From Octopus sinensis (Eukaryota): 64,000 nucleotides of DNA. The position numbers and the translations under genes are program-made. Shown piece after piece: positions 50,480-64,000 of this stretch. Below the pieces are notes generated by a model. The model did no database searches, was not told the DNA's origin, and was given only the letters and a program-made list of their open reading frames with translations. How positions within the stretch are numbered: position 1 is the stretch's first letter; the number at the start of each line of letters is the position of its first letter. The DNA is taken from assembly GCF_006345805.1 (NCBI RefSeq), contig NC_042999.1, positions 8,742,001-8,806,000 of the forward strand, read 5' to 3'.

Positions 50480-51432
50480 GGATAAAAAGAGCAGAGTGAA
50501 AGAGTAGCGGCCAAAAAATGGAAATAATGATGTGGGAGGCCCAGGAACTGCTAAGGAACGCGTGGCACAAAACTGGTTCATACGTTTCTAGGATATTGAC
50601 AGCAACCTTGAAGACAAACCGAGGTCAGAGAGACCTTCTGTTGTGGAAAACGAGGCCTTGCTTGAAATGGTCGAACAACAGCCAAGCACAAGCACTCGTT
50701 CATTGTCAGCAGAACTTGGTCCTTCACAAAGCTCTATAAATCAAATCTTTTATAAGCTTGGCCTTGTGAACAGATGCTGTCGAGAGAAATAAACAGGTTC
50801 AACGACGCGTGAACGTATGCAGACAACTGATTGCAAATCCTCGCGATATCCATTTTGGGCGCCGAATTGTAACTAGGGATGGAAAATGGATCGTAATCCG
50901 AATAAGAAAAATTATTGGCCTTGTTCCGGACGAAACCGGTTGTCAAACAAGGGCGGTTTGGAAAAAAGGTCTTGTTGCTTGTTTGGTGGAATTTTGAGGG
51001 AGTGTTGCACTTTGAGTTTGTCCCAGATGGTCATGCTGTGAAGGCTAAACTTTACTTTCAACAACTGCCGGCTGTGTATGTTCTTTTAAAAGCCTGCTAC
51101 CTGGCATTGGTCAATCAAAGATGCCCACTTCCAGAGCATGGAAATGCCGTAGCACACACTGTCAATCTGACCAAGCTCGAACTTGAGGAATTTGATGGGC
51201 TGAGAGTGCTGCTTCACCCAGCCTACAGTCCAGACCTTGCACCATCAGATCATCGCATTTTGCGAACCATAGCTCATTTCCTGTATAGACGGGGGTTCAG
51301 CAATATGGATGAGGTTGAAAATGGATGCAGGGAGATTTTTTGCCTCTAAACCAACCAAATGACATACGCATGGAAATGAGCTTCTGCAACAACGATGACA
51401 ACTGACTATAGAATATGATAGGTTTTTTGTTT
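50480..51432 (+). pseudogene. Second mariner transposase relic
   Basis: AQNWF.RF...LEDKPRS.RP, RIVT.DGKW, VLLLVWWNFEGVLHFEF, HPAYSPDLAPSDH; TIRs not confidently found. Confidence 0.88.
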
Positions 51433-52429
51433 AATGAATAAACGCTTTTCATATGTAATTTATTTGAACTATTAATTAATTAATTAAAGCTTGAAATCCG
51501 AAAAACTTCTTGGCTCAATCTGACCGCGATTCTGCCACCACACCGCAGGATGTAGAACACCTCTCTCAGATTCACAATTCTTGGTAATTGTTTTAAACAA
51601 ACGCAGGGTGCACCAGTTCAAACCCTATAACAACTGAAATGTATACGGTAAAATCTCAGCTACATGCAGGCACCATAGCCACCCGCCTAAACTTACTAGC
51701 ACCACGACAATGGCCATATCAAGTACGAGAGAGTTTCCTTCTGCCTCCTGTATTAGTAATTATATAACAGTTAATATCTCAGTCGCTTATTCGTTATCTA
51801 TCCGAATACATCATGTTTCTGACCTATTATGACTGTATTAAGATCGATTTAATCAGCTCTAAGTCCACCCCGATATTAAATCAGCCTCAAAATTTGCCAT
51901 AAAAAATTATATTCTTTTAGAGATTCTGATAGGAATATATATCATTATTAATTAGTTCACTTTTGATTTTGATATTTCCGGGTTCTATAAAAAAAATGAG
52001 ATCGGCAAATTGCACGAATTGATATGTTTCTTATTTTATCGATCGACTATTTTATGGTCAATCAATAATATAAGAACCAGTGAAGCACTCCTACTTTTGA
52101 AGTATAGCAGCAACATAATTGGACGTACACCAGCACCACCACCACCACCACCACCACCGCAACCACATTCTTACCTTGTGTCTATGTAAGAAATTTTGAT
52201 TTTTAGGAAAGCAAGGACAGATGGTCGGATGTATAGGAGAGCGAACAAACAGTGAAACATTTGGTGGAAGGGATCCAATAGTGATAGAAGACAGATGCTG
52301 CAGAGTAGGAAGAATTTGCCAGTTTAAAGAAGGATATCACTCGTGAGTCTATCTGTAATTTCGAAGCATGCAGTATTTATGTCAATATTCTGCTGAAAAG
52401 GAATGAATACATGTCAGGTATATATATAT

Positions 52430-52612
52430 ATACAACGGGTTTCTTTCAGTTTCCGTCTACCAAATTGAGTCACAAGGCTTTGCTCGGCCCGGGGTTATAG
52501 TAGAAGACACTTGCCTAAGGTACCACGCAGAGGGACTGAACCCGGAAGCATGTGGATGGGAAGCAAGCTTCTTTCCATACAGCCACGCTTACGCCTGTAC
52601 ACACACACAACA
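52430..52612 (-). mobile_element. SINE family A 5' half
   Basis: Homology to the family A head. Confidence 0.8.
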
Positions 52613-52627
52613 CACATACACATACAC

Positions 52628-52683
<56 letters not shown>

Positions 52684-52693
52684 ATATATATAG

Positions 52694-52961
52694 GTTGATC
52701 ACGTGATCGACCAGATCATCGGATGTTGTGCTGCATCGCTGGTCACAATGCGCTTTACATTGTTTCACCTTTCGAATTATGCCATCCTGTTGCCTAGGTA
52801 AGCAGACCAACATTCCCGCTGATCGGATTCTGTGACCTGTTTACAACCGAGTGGACTGGAGCATTGTGAAATTATGTATTTTGCTCAGGAACACAACGCG
52901 CCGCTCGGCCCAGGAATCGAACCCACGTACTAGCGATCTTGAGTGCAATATCCAAATCACT
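52694..52961 (-). mobile_element. tRNA-derived SINE (family E)
   Basis: Minus strand GTGGGTTCGATTCCTGGG B box and GTTGTGTTCCTGAGCAAAA; a degenerate relative lies at about 22080-22195. Confidence 0.6.
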
Positions 52962-53519
52962 CTGTCTTGTGTGTGTGTGTGTGTGTGTGTTGTGTGGTGG
53001 GGTGTCTTTGGCAAAAATGTCGCGAAATGATAGACAAAGTGACAGACCACATGTACTGTTTGATATCATTGTCGCAGTTGAACCCTAGACACTTAATTCT
53101 GCCAACATAAATAATCCAGAGATTCTGTGAATAAAATGAATAAAACAAAAAAACAAAAAAAGGTGCCAAATGTTCGAAGAGGAATAAAGCAGATCAAGAG
53201 AGGAAATCTGGTTATCTTCACTTAGCAGGTGTTAGAAACATAATAGATTTGAGGAAAGCAGGAATTCTATGAGTCAACTGCAATGAATCGATAACTTCTC
53301 ACTTGTCTACTGCCATCATTACCAAATTACTTCATCAATAAATAATAATAAAAGATAATGCCAGAGTGTGGTCGTTTCTTTTTCCTTTTCTTTTTTCTTT
53401 TCTCATCGTTTTTATTTCTGCTTTTTTCTTTCGTTCATCGTCTGCGACATAATAAAATATTTAAATCAGAAATATCAAATATGACCATCACAATTTGTCG
53501 TTGATAAACCATTCATAAA

Positions 53520-54130
<611 letters not shown>

Positions 54131-54455
54131 ATGTAGCAAGTAGTCTGGTTGTGGTAATGAGTAGACCTATATCTGTCAGTAGTTCGGACACGTAATTCTC
54201 AGTGACCTAGTGTACTTTGCTTTAAATTGGTGCATCAAGGGTGAATACTACACTAGTACAAACAGCAGGAGCACTAAAAAACTGAAGAAGGTTTGGTGAG
54301 ACAATCTAACAAAGACGGCCTGCAAATTCTATATGTGTGTATAGCAACCTAGATTTGGTTGTTCTCCCCTAGGGTCATTAACCATAGATGTACTTTGTGA
54401 AGAGTATGTTTGCAGGGTTACCGTGCATATTAAATGCTGTGTTTATATTATTATT

Positions 54456-54846
54456 GGTGGAGGCGCAATGGCCCAGTGGTTAGGGCAGCGGACTCGCGGT
54501 CATAGGATCGCGGTTTCGATTCCCAGACCGGGCGTTGTGAGTGTTTATTGAGCGAAAACACCTAAAGCTCCACGAGGCTCCGGCAGGGGATGGTGGTGAT
54601 CCCTGCTGTACTCTTTCACCACAACTTTACTCACTCTTTCTTCCTGTTTCTGTTGTACCTGTATTTCAAAGGGCCGGCCTTGTCACTCTCTCTGTGTCAC
54701 GCTGAATATCCCCGAGAACTACGTTAAGGGTACACGTGTCTGTGGAGTGCTCAGCCACTTACACGTTAATTTCACGAGCAGGCTGTTCCGTTGATTCGGA
54801 TCAACCGGAACCCTCGTCGTCGTAACCGACGGAGTGCTTCCATCCA
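54456..54846 (+). mobile_element. tRNA-derived SINE, full length (family D)
   Basis: A box TGGCCCAGTGG, B box GGTTTCGATTCC; tail CGTCGTAACCGACGGAGTGCTTCCATCCA. Confidence 0.8.
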
Positions 54847-55554
54847 TTATTATTGAGTCAAAAGAGAAGGAGGGTGTCCTCAATGTTTGCAGGTTGTTCT
54901 CCACGGTTGAGGACGTTGGAATGGATGTTTGGTTTGTACTTCTATGAGCTGATATCACAGTTGAAAGGGGATCAGTCAACTGGGCGTTACTTGATGTAAA
55001 AGCAATTAACCCTCAAACATCACTCTGTCATCTTTAAAAACGAAAGCAAAATCCACATTGAATAATAACCTGCATAGATTATTATCCAGAAAGATGATGC
55101 ATTGGTCACGACCGGAATGTCTATGATCCGTGAGTTGCTGTGTCAGAGCTGAAAAATATTTAATCAAGAACAACAACCATTTACGGTATATCGACTGGTT
55201 CCGTGTCTGGTCACATGTGTTGCAGTGTATCCATAGTAAAGACAACGCGCTTCACAACAATTATTCTATAATTAATTAATTTGATTAATTTTAATTAGAT
55301 AAGATTGGAAATCATATTTAGACGAACGCAAGACAGAATGATGAGTGTTACTTTAGTTTTGCTTTTGTTGGTTAAAACCTACTTGAGACAAACCACAAAG
55401 AACTTTATACAGAGTTGTTAGTGCTGGAAATTTAGCACCCGTTTACTATGCCTCACAAAAAAGGAAATTAATCAACGGCCCAATGGGTCCAGGATGTGTA
55501 GGGATATGTCCTGCATCAATATTTATAAAAAAAAAAGATCAGACATACACTAGG

Positions 55555-55705
55555 TGAAGACGTGATTGCATGGTGAGAAATTTGCTTCTCAATCTCGTGG
55601 TTCTGCGTTCAGTCCCACAGCGTGGCACCTTGGGCAAGTGTCTTCTTTTATAGTCTCGTGCCGATAAAAGCCTTGTCATTGGATTTGGAAACTGAAAGAA
55701 ACCCA
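55555..55705 (+). mobile_element. SINE family A 5' half, diverged
   Basis: CGTGGCACCTTGGGCAAGTGTCTTCT motif. Confidence 0.75.
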
Positions 55706-55716
55706 TCGAATCTATC

Positions 55717-55853
<137 letters not shown>

Positions 55854-55870
55854 GTCTTTCTGTCTATCTG

Positions 55871-55950
<80 letters not shown>

Positions 55951-57138
55951 GGAAGGGCGAATGGCACCGCGAGTGTCGCGTTGCTCTCAAGCAACTCTGC
56001 CGTCCTGGGTCGACCTTGAGTGACTTCAACACAACCAAAGCATTCTATAGGGGATTAGTGGAGGGGAGGTACGACGACGAGCTCGGGCAAACCTGGACGC
56101 CGACGAGGAGTACCTGACCCGCCTGTTCAGGACGACTTTCGGGCCAGGGCCCATGGACAACTTCCAGAGATCCCTGGCCTGGCAGTGTTACCGAGAAGCT
56201 TACCCGTTCGGGATAAGCCTAACAGACACGGCTCGAGAAACACGGGGCCGACCTGCCCGTGATGCGGTCAGAACGACGAAACCGTTCTGCACGCACTCGT
56301 GCAGTATCCAAGAGTTTCCGACCTGTGGGCTTGTGTCGAACAACTGCTGTCACGTGTGGGACGAGTCGGTTTATCAGCTGAGTCTATCGTCAATATTGTC
56401 ACGCCTCCTTCCTTCAAAGGGGAAGGAAGAGCTATTTTCATCATCCTTGTGGCTATAGCAAAGGAATGTATCTGGTGGACGCGTCTGAAAGGATTGGAGA
56501 CAAACACTTTCCTCTCTGGTCAATCTCTCATCAACTTCTTCAAGTACCACTTGAAAAGGAAAGTGAGAGTAGAGAGGCAAGTTTTGTCTAGCGAATGTTT
56601 TAAAAAAAGATGGGTGAATGTAGCAAGGATGGCACGTATGAATGACGAAGCCACCTTGAGCATAATCCTATGAACCCAGAAATTGAAAACAGAGGGTTAC
56701 CCACTTGCAAACAAATGTGGTAACATATAACAATATTGACCAAGGTTACCGTGGTCTTTTCGTAGGCTTTTCTTCCCACGGATAAACCTTACTTGCTTTC
56801 CCCTTTACACCATATATCATAACACTGTGATACACGATCACTATTGATCGTTCTTTTTTTTTTTTGTTCCTCTTCCCTTTTTTTCCCCTTTTTCTTCTTT
56901 ATTCATTTCTCTTTTCTTTTGTTCCTTTTCCCTTTCTTTTTTTTCTTTTATTCTTTTTATTTTTTATTCTATTTATTTAAAAAAATTTTTTAATCTATTT
57001 TTTTGTTCTTTCCTTCCCTTTTACGATCCCTCTTGATCGAAAACCTACGCCACCCCCCTTTGTTTTTCATCCCCAAAAGAAAAGCTCTACCTTGTAACTT
57101 GTCCATCTGTGTGCAGCCCTGTGTGGCCAATAAAAACT

Positions 57139-57139
<1 letters not shown>
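55951..57139 (+). mobile_element. Tx1/L1-type LINE 3' fragment (zf-RVT-like CCHC region plus 3' UTR) inserted in (ATCT)n
   Basis: MDNFQRSLAWQCYRE...TCP..GQNDETVLHALVQ...LWACVEQLL...KECIWWTR; AATAAA at the 3' end; (ATCT)n at 55711-55950 and 57140-57330. Confidence 0.85.
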
Positions 57140-57175
<36 letters not shown>

Positions 57176-57192
57176 GATCTTCTATTCTATCT

Positions 57193-57236
<44 letters not shown>

Positions 57237-57239
57237 CTC

Positions 57240-57273
<34 letters not shown>

Positions 57274-57339
57274 TCTATCTATCTATCTATCTAACTATCT
57301 ATCTATCTAATCCATCTATCTATCTATCTAACCATCTAC

Positions 57340-57560
57340 CTATACACGTGTTGTGCTTGTATATGTTTGTCCCCTACTACCACTTGACAACCGGTATTGG
57401 TGTGTTTATGGTCTCCGTACCTAGCATTCGCATAAGTAACCGATAGAATAGGTACCAAACTTTAAAAATGTACCAGCGTCGATTCACTCGACTAAAGATT
57501 GTTCAGGCAGTGCCCCTGTATGACCGCAGACTATGACTGAAACAGTAAAAAAATAAAAGA
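57340..57560 (+). mobile_element. SINE family A 3' half, diverged
   Basis: TTTGTCCCC...CTTGACAACCGG...CCGATAGAATAGGTAC. Confidence 0.7.
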
Positions 57561-57576
57561 TATGACGTTTTATATA

Positions 57577-57634
<58 letters not shown>

Positions 57635-57728
57635 TATATTATGTAGGTCCCGGGTTGATTCGGGGTTAACCACAGTAAATAAGGTACTCAATACATAGCA
57701 GAGTAAAATTAATTTATTATATAGAAGG

Positions 57729-57779
57729 AGCTTCTACAGGACTAGAACTGTTTCATTCAAGAGAAATCTTCAGGAAGCT
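57729..57779 (-). ncRNA. Type I hammerhead ribozyme fold
   Basis: AGCUUC CUGAAGA U UUC UCUU GAA U GAAACAG UUCUAGUC CUGUA / GAAGCU. 6-bp stem I, intact core, 4-bp stem III, GUA triplet. Confidence 0.78.
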
Positions 57780-58372
57780 GTTAACAAGAATTGTATTGGC
57801 ATTTATACATTTAGGCAGTTTAAAGGGGTGTTGGTGGGGGACTTTTGGGGGGTAGGCATAGCGCAAAATATCATACTTGGGGAGTGGTCAAGGTGTCATG
57901 TTAAATTAGATAAAGAATAAATAAAAAAATAAAAATAAAAAAATAAAAAATCTATATATAAAAAAAAGGAATAGAGTTTTAGGTAAATAAGGAGATTCTC
58001 ACTTATACCTATGCACACATGTATACATACATACACACACCAAACATATATACATTACATACACACATACATACACACACATATAATACTATATATATAC
58101 ACTTACACATACACATACATATACATATCTACACATACACATATATGTATACATACACACACTCACCTGCATACACGTATCACACATGTATATATACACA
58201 CACGACCACACCTACATAATACGCACAGAAAAATATATATACACATACACACACATACTCACATACACGCATACACACACATATCCACACACACACATGC
58301 ACACACAGCACACTAGTCCCTATTACACATATATACACATACACACACATATACACACACATACATACATAT

Positions 58373-58418
<46 letters not shown>

Positions 58419-58834
58419 GTGTACCTATGCATACCTACACATACACACATATATATACACATACAAATACAGACCCATTCCCTAATTTTAATTTTATTAT
58501 CTTCGTTTATTACTTTTGTTATCTTTGGCCGCTTGGTCACAAACATCTTGGCTATGACAGCCAGTCCATTTATCTGTCTACTGGAAAACAAGCACTCATT
58601 CACTCACGCACACTCTTTAGCACGTACACTCACTCATTCGTACACTCATACACATACACGCACGCACGCGTTATATTCATACATACATACATCTACATAC
58701 ATTCACGTATATACACACTACGCGTACCTACAGATTCATGTCTACACTCTTAGAAGGCTAGTCTATATATATACACCAAAAATATAAATACACACACATA
58801 CATATACACCTACATACAAATACATACATGTATA

Positions 58835-58881
<47 letters not shown>

Positions 58882-58977
58882 CATATAATCACATATATAT
58901 ATATACACATATACACACGCATACGCATACACACACATATACTTATATACACTACACGCAAACATACACATGTACAT
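57736..58977 (+). repeat. Left arm of a large inverted duplication (partner 62760-64000+)
   Basis: Unique segments (GGAGATTCTCACTTATACC; CTTTGGCCGCTTGGTCACAAACATCTTGGC; CTCTTAGAAGGCTAGTC) recur reverse-complemented in the same order. Confidence 0.92.
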
Positions 58978-59400
58978 CCCCTTTAAGACCAATGGAAACT
59001 ACTACAGAAGGCGCGCTCGTACACAGGAGCCCATACCTGCTTGACCTCTGCATATCGGTGAGCCTAGAGATCTTGTTCGCCAAAGGCCCTCTCCTTAACA
59101 AAATCTCAGAACACTCCCCAAATTGTATGCATAAGAAGTATGCGAACTACAAGAACTATAGACCTACCCGGCAACCAGATTGATGACACCCCACCCACAA
59201 AAACCCCCCCAATCCCACCGTTCCCCCCCTAGCACCCCCGATTCCTTTTCTCCTAAGACCTTTCACATATTGTATGTGCACGCTTGTATATGTGTATCGT
59301 ATATATGTATAGAAATGTATGGGTATAGTAGGAATATACGCATTATTATGTGTGTGTGTGCGTGTATGTATGTAAAAAAAAAATATATATATATATTTGA

Positions 59401-60620
59401 TATTTTTTTTTTGATATTTTGATAGGTTTCGGCCATTATTGGCCCAGGCCATGTCTAACTTAATAGCCACCACCTGGTGAAGTCTTTCAAGTCAGAATTT
59501 GGGCACTATGGCCCACTCAGTAGAGAGTTATTGTTTACAGAGACATATCCAGGTGTAGGGGGTTTATCCGGGATTTCTTGAAGGAATCTGTCCAAAGACT
59601 TCTTGAACCCTATAGGTCAGTTTCTGTTTTAATGTGTTTTGGTGTAATGTTAAAAGAGAGCGGGCCAATGAGGTGAAATAATTGTGCCGTATTGTTGTTA
59701 TGAGATGAGAGTGCGATTTTGTTTTTGGGCGGATGGCACGGGGCCCAAGCCTTGGATGTACCTTAAAGGTGATGCCAACATCATTTGGGCAATGCTGATG
59801 GAATATTTTCCACATCATGCAGATGATGTAGCGCTCACGACGACGTTGGAGAGAATAGAGTTTTAGCTTTTCTAGCCGACCCCCAATAGTCGAGGCCTGT
59901 CATGCCATCTATCTTTTTTGTGATTGCCCTTTGAGGTGCTTCACACTTCAAACTTTATGATACCTTGTATTGTGTGGGGAGACCACAGTGACAACAGTAA
60001 TGCAAGGTGGGGTCGGGCAAAGTGGAGAAGAGAAGGATAATGGTGTGGATATCTCTCGACTGGAAAGTTCTGAGAATCCAGGAACACATTCTGCGGGCCA
60101 TGTCAACTTTGGTGTTTATATGAGTGGCCCAGCTTACGTTGTTGTCCACAATTACTCCCAAGTCTCTGATGTTGTTGGACGCCGCGAGAGTTTCACACCT
60201 GAAGGAAGGGAGTATGGGAGTTTCAGGGCATCCTCTTTTCCAAAGTGGATTAGCTCAAATTTATCCTCGTTCAGCAGCATATTGTTTTTTTCTGCCCATT
60301 GGATAACAGCCAGTAGATCTGACTGAAGGCATGTCCGGTTCACTCGCCTCATTTATGACCTTCTGTAGCTTGGAGTCATCTGCAAGATTTTTATGTTGCT
60401 GTGCTGATGATGTCATTAATGTCATTAATGTAAATGATGAAAAGAAGTGGGCCTAGCACAGTGCCTTGCGGAAACGCCACTACTGACTTTGGCTGGGCTT
60501 GATTTTACCCCTTCAACTACAACATGTTGAGATCTGTCTGTCAGTAAACACTCAATCCATTTCAGTAACTTTCCAGAGACACAATGTTGGATAGTTTTTT
60601 CAATAGGATCTTGTGATCGA
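59401..60620 (-). mobile_element. CR1/L2-group LINE, 5'-truncated RT fragment
   Basis: GKLLKWIECLLTDRSQHVVVEG...SSGV.QGTVLGPLLF, ADDSKL, DLGVIVD, then the same C-terminus as 17812; many small frameshifts. Confidence 0.9.
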
Positions 60621-60624
60621 CCCC

Positions 60625-60639
60625 ATATATATATATGCA

Positions 60640-60679
<40 letters not shown>

Positions 60680-61067
60680 TAGATGTATGTATGTATATAT
60701 GTATATATGTGTGTATGCATATGTATGTGTATATGTATGTGTGTATGTATGTGTATGTATGTATAAAATATTATATAATTAGGGCTTGTAATAAATTACT
60801 TTGCCACATACTGAACTTTCTAGAAATAGCAGCCAAAAAAAGTTTTTTAGCCTCTTCCACTACTTAGAGAATATTTTCCCTCAGACATTGTTTTTACTCA
60901 TAAAATAATGGTCCTTTTACATACTGAATACTTGGTGAAATTGATTAATACTAATTAACTTTACCCTCAATTGTTGATATATGTATGTGTGTGTATATAT
61001 ATGTGTGTGTATGGTATATGTACATGTATGTATATGTGTAGTATGTATATATGTATATATATATGTT

Positions 61068-61120
<53 letters not shown>

Positions 61121-62060
61121 TATTATATATATATGTATATATGTATGTGTGTGTATATGTGTATTATGTATGTGTAATGTTTATGTATATGTGTGTATAT
61201 GTATATGTATATGTATGTGTGTGTGTATATGATATAATGTGTATATATATGAGTGTACGCGAGTATGTCGATTATATGTAGGTATGTAGAGTTATGTGTA
61301 TGTGCAGGTATGTGAGTGTAGATAACAAATTGTAGATGTGTATATATATGTATGTGTATATATACATGTATATAGGTATATGTATGTGTGTGTATATGTA
61401 TATATATATATATATTATATATATATATGTATATGCGAGTATTTAGAGATATAAGTATGTGCATGTGTATATGTATATGTGGTGTATATATATGTATGGG
61501 TGGTTATATGTTATGTATGTATGTATATATTATATATAATGTATGTGTGTGTGTGTATGTATGCATATACGTATGTTGTATGTATGTATGTATATGTGTA
61601 TGTTATATATGTGTGTAAGTGTGTGTAATATATATGTAAATGTAAGTGTGTGTGCTTGTATGAGAATGTATGTATGTTTGCACACATGTATATATGTGTG
61701 TGTATGTGTATATGTATATGTATATGTGTATATAGATATGTATATATATATATATATATATGTAGTATGTATATGTGTTAGTATATATAAGTGTGTATAT
61801 GTTGTGTGTATACATGTGTGTATGTGTATGTATGTATGTATATATATGCGTGTGGTATGTGTATGTTATTATGTACATATACGCGTACGCTCGTTGTTTT
61901 ATGTATATGTAGGTACGTAGAGTTATCTATGTGTGTATTTATATGTACATGTGGTGTAAGTATGTATATATATGTATATATGTAGTGTATGTGTGTGTGT
62001 GTATATATATGTATGTATATATGTATGTCTATGTGTATATATGTATATATATATATATAG
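60625..62060. repeat. Degenerate TA/TG low-complexity tract
   Basis: Direct reading. Confidence 0.9.
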
Positions 62061-62428
62061 AGAGAGAAAAATTTTTGTTTGCTTGTTATCAGTCGTAAGA
62101 CACTTGTTGTTTTCACCGTTCAGTTAATGCTTCTGTATTTCAGGTTTTCTGTATTCCATTATTGTTTTTTTGTTTTTTTTATATCTGTCTCTTTTGCTGT
62201 CCTGGTGTTCGTATGCATTCGATCCTTCTTCCAGGAAATCTACGCTTCCAGCTTAGTTTTTCTTGGAGGGCTGGCCGTGATCTAGTAATCTCAAGATTAA
62301 TCAGCCGAAATTACTACGATGATCCGGTTCTTGACTGAAGACTGAGGGGTTCGAATGTCCTGTCCATGTGTATTGTATCGTCTTCTATGAGTTATACGTT
62401 CTTGTCCGTGTTGTATTTTCTCTACATA

Positions 62429-62473
<45 letters not shown>

Positions 62474-62759
62474 GTGTGTGTGTGTAAGTTTATATGTATG
62501 TATCCGTCTATATAATAGGTAACTGCACGTACATATACTTAATATTTATTATTTATTTTTTGAGTATGCATGTACGAATAACTGCGCGTATATATATTTT
62601 ACTATTTACTTATTTTTTGAGTAGCATGTAAGTATAAATATAAGGAGGCGCGTGTGTGTGTGTATGTCTAAGCATAGATATATGTATACTTTTACGCATG
62701 TGTGTACTTATGTGTATATATGGATGCGCGCGTGTGTGTGTGTGTGTATGGGTACGCAT

Positions 62760-62861
62760 GTACATGTGTATGTGGCGTGTAGTGTATAATATGTATATGT
62801 GTGTGTATGCGTATGTGTGTGTATATGTGTATATATATATATCTGTGTATATATATGTGGA

Positions 62862-62898
<37 letters not shown>

Positions 62899-63312
62899 CA
62901 TGTATGTATTTGTATGTAGGTGTATATGTATGTGTGTGTATTTATATTTATTGGTGTATATATATAGACTAGCCTTCTAAGAGTGTAGACATGAATCTGT
63001 AGGTACGCGTACGTATGTGTATATACGTGAATGTATGTAGATGTATGTATGTATGAATATAACGCGTGCGTGCGTGTATGTGTATGAGTGTACGAATGAG
63101 TGAGTGTACGTGCTAAAGAGTGTGCGTGAGTGAATGAGTGCTTGTTTTCCAGTAGACAGATAAATGGACTGGCTGTCATAGCCAAGATGTTTGTGACCAA
63201 GCGGCCAAAGATAACAAAAGTAATAAACGAAGATAATAAAATTAAAATTAGGGAAGGGTCTGTATTTGTATGTGTATATATATTGTGTATGTGTAGGTAT
63301 GCATAGGTACAC

Positions 63313-63358
<46 letters not shown>

Positions 63359-64000
63359 ATATGTATGTATGTGTGTGTATATGTGTGTGTATGTGTATAT
63401 ATGTGTATAGGGACTAGTGTGCTGTGTGTGCATGTGTGTGTGTGGATATGTGTGTGTATGCGTGTATGTGAGTATGTGTGTTATGTGTGTATTATATATT
63501 TTTCTGTGCGTATATGTATGTGTGGTCGTGTGTGTATATATACATGTGTGTATACGTGTATGCATGTGGAGTGTGTGATGTATACATATATGTGTATGTG
63601 TAGATATGTATATGTATGTGTATGTGTAAGTGTAATATATGTATATATGTGTGTGTATGTATGTGTGTATGTATATGTATATATGTTTGTATGTGTGTTG
63701 TATGTATTATACATGTGTGCATAGGTATAAGTGAGAATCTCCTTATTTACCTAAAACTCTATTCCCCTTTTTTTTATATATAGATTTTTTATTTTTTATT
63801 TTTTTTTATTTATTCTTCTATCTATTTAACACGGACTCCTTGACCACTCCCCCAAGTATGATATTTTGCGCTAATCCTACCCCCCAAAAGTCCCCCACCA
63901 ACACCCCTTTAAACCTGCCTAAATGTATAAATGCCAATACAATTCTTGTTACTAGCTTCCTGAAGATTTCTCTTGAATGAAACAGTTCTAGTCCTGTAGA
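62760..64000 (-). repeat. Right arm of the inverted duplication (runs off the window)
   Basis: Reverse complement of 57736-58977 with small indels. Confidence 0.92.
63954..64000 (+). ncRNA. Hammerhead fold, inverted copy of 57729-57779, truncated by the window edge
   Basis: AGCTTC CTGAAGA TTTCTCTTGAAT GAAACAG TTCTAGTC CTGTA GA... Confidence 0.7.

Noticed and set aside
50230-51520. TIRs of the second mariner
   Set aside because: Only an 11-bp TTTTCGGATTT match between the ends; insufficient.
54456-54535. tRNA gene
   Set aside because: Has A and B boxes but no clean cloverleaf or acceptor stem, and continues into a repeat body; a SINE head. The same holds for 12687 and family A/B heads.

Overview
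AT-rich, repeat-saturated animal genomic DNA. The SINE, LINE and microsatellite content is typical of Octopus (inferred from repeat families as I remember them, not from a search). No intact host protein-coding gene is evident, so this is probably intergenic or a large intron. Contents: a 22-bp satellite (1-3.5 kb); R4/Dong-type RLE non-LTR fragments inside (TAA)n; Tx1/L1-type fragments inside (ATCT)n/(TC)n; CR1-like and RTE LINE relics; a Penelope-type GIY-YIG relic; three decayed Tc1/mariner elements (Hsmar1-like, a second mariner, a DD37D maT); Helitron-like non-autonomous elements; many tRNA-derived SINEs; and long microsatellites. Main unexpected signal: several unrelated short elements carry minimal type I hammerhead ribozyme folds. 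These are a canonical one at 14071-14115 (-), an inverted pair at 57729-57779 (-) and 63954-64000 (+), and core-variant copies inside near-perfect fold-back hairpins at 32.1-32.4 kb and 40.0-40.1 kb. All coordinates were counted by hand; repeat boundaries may be off by about 10-30 bp.
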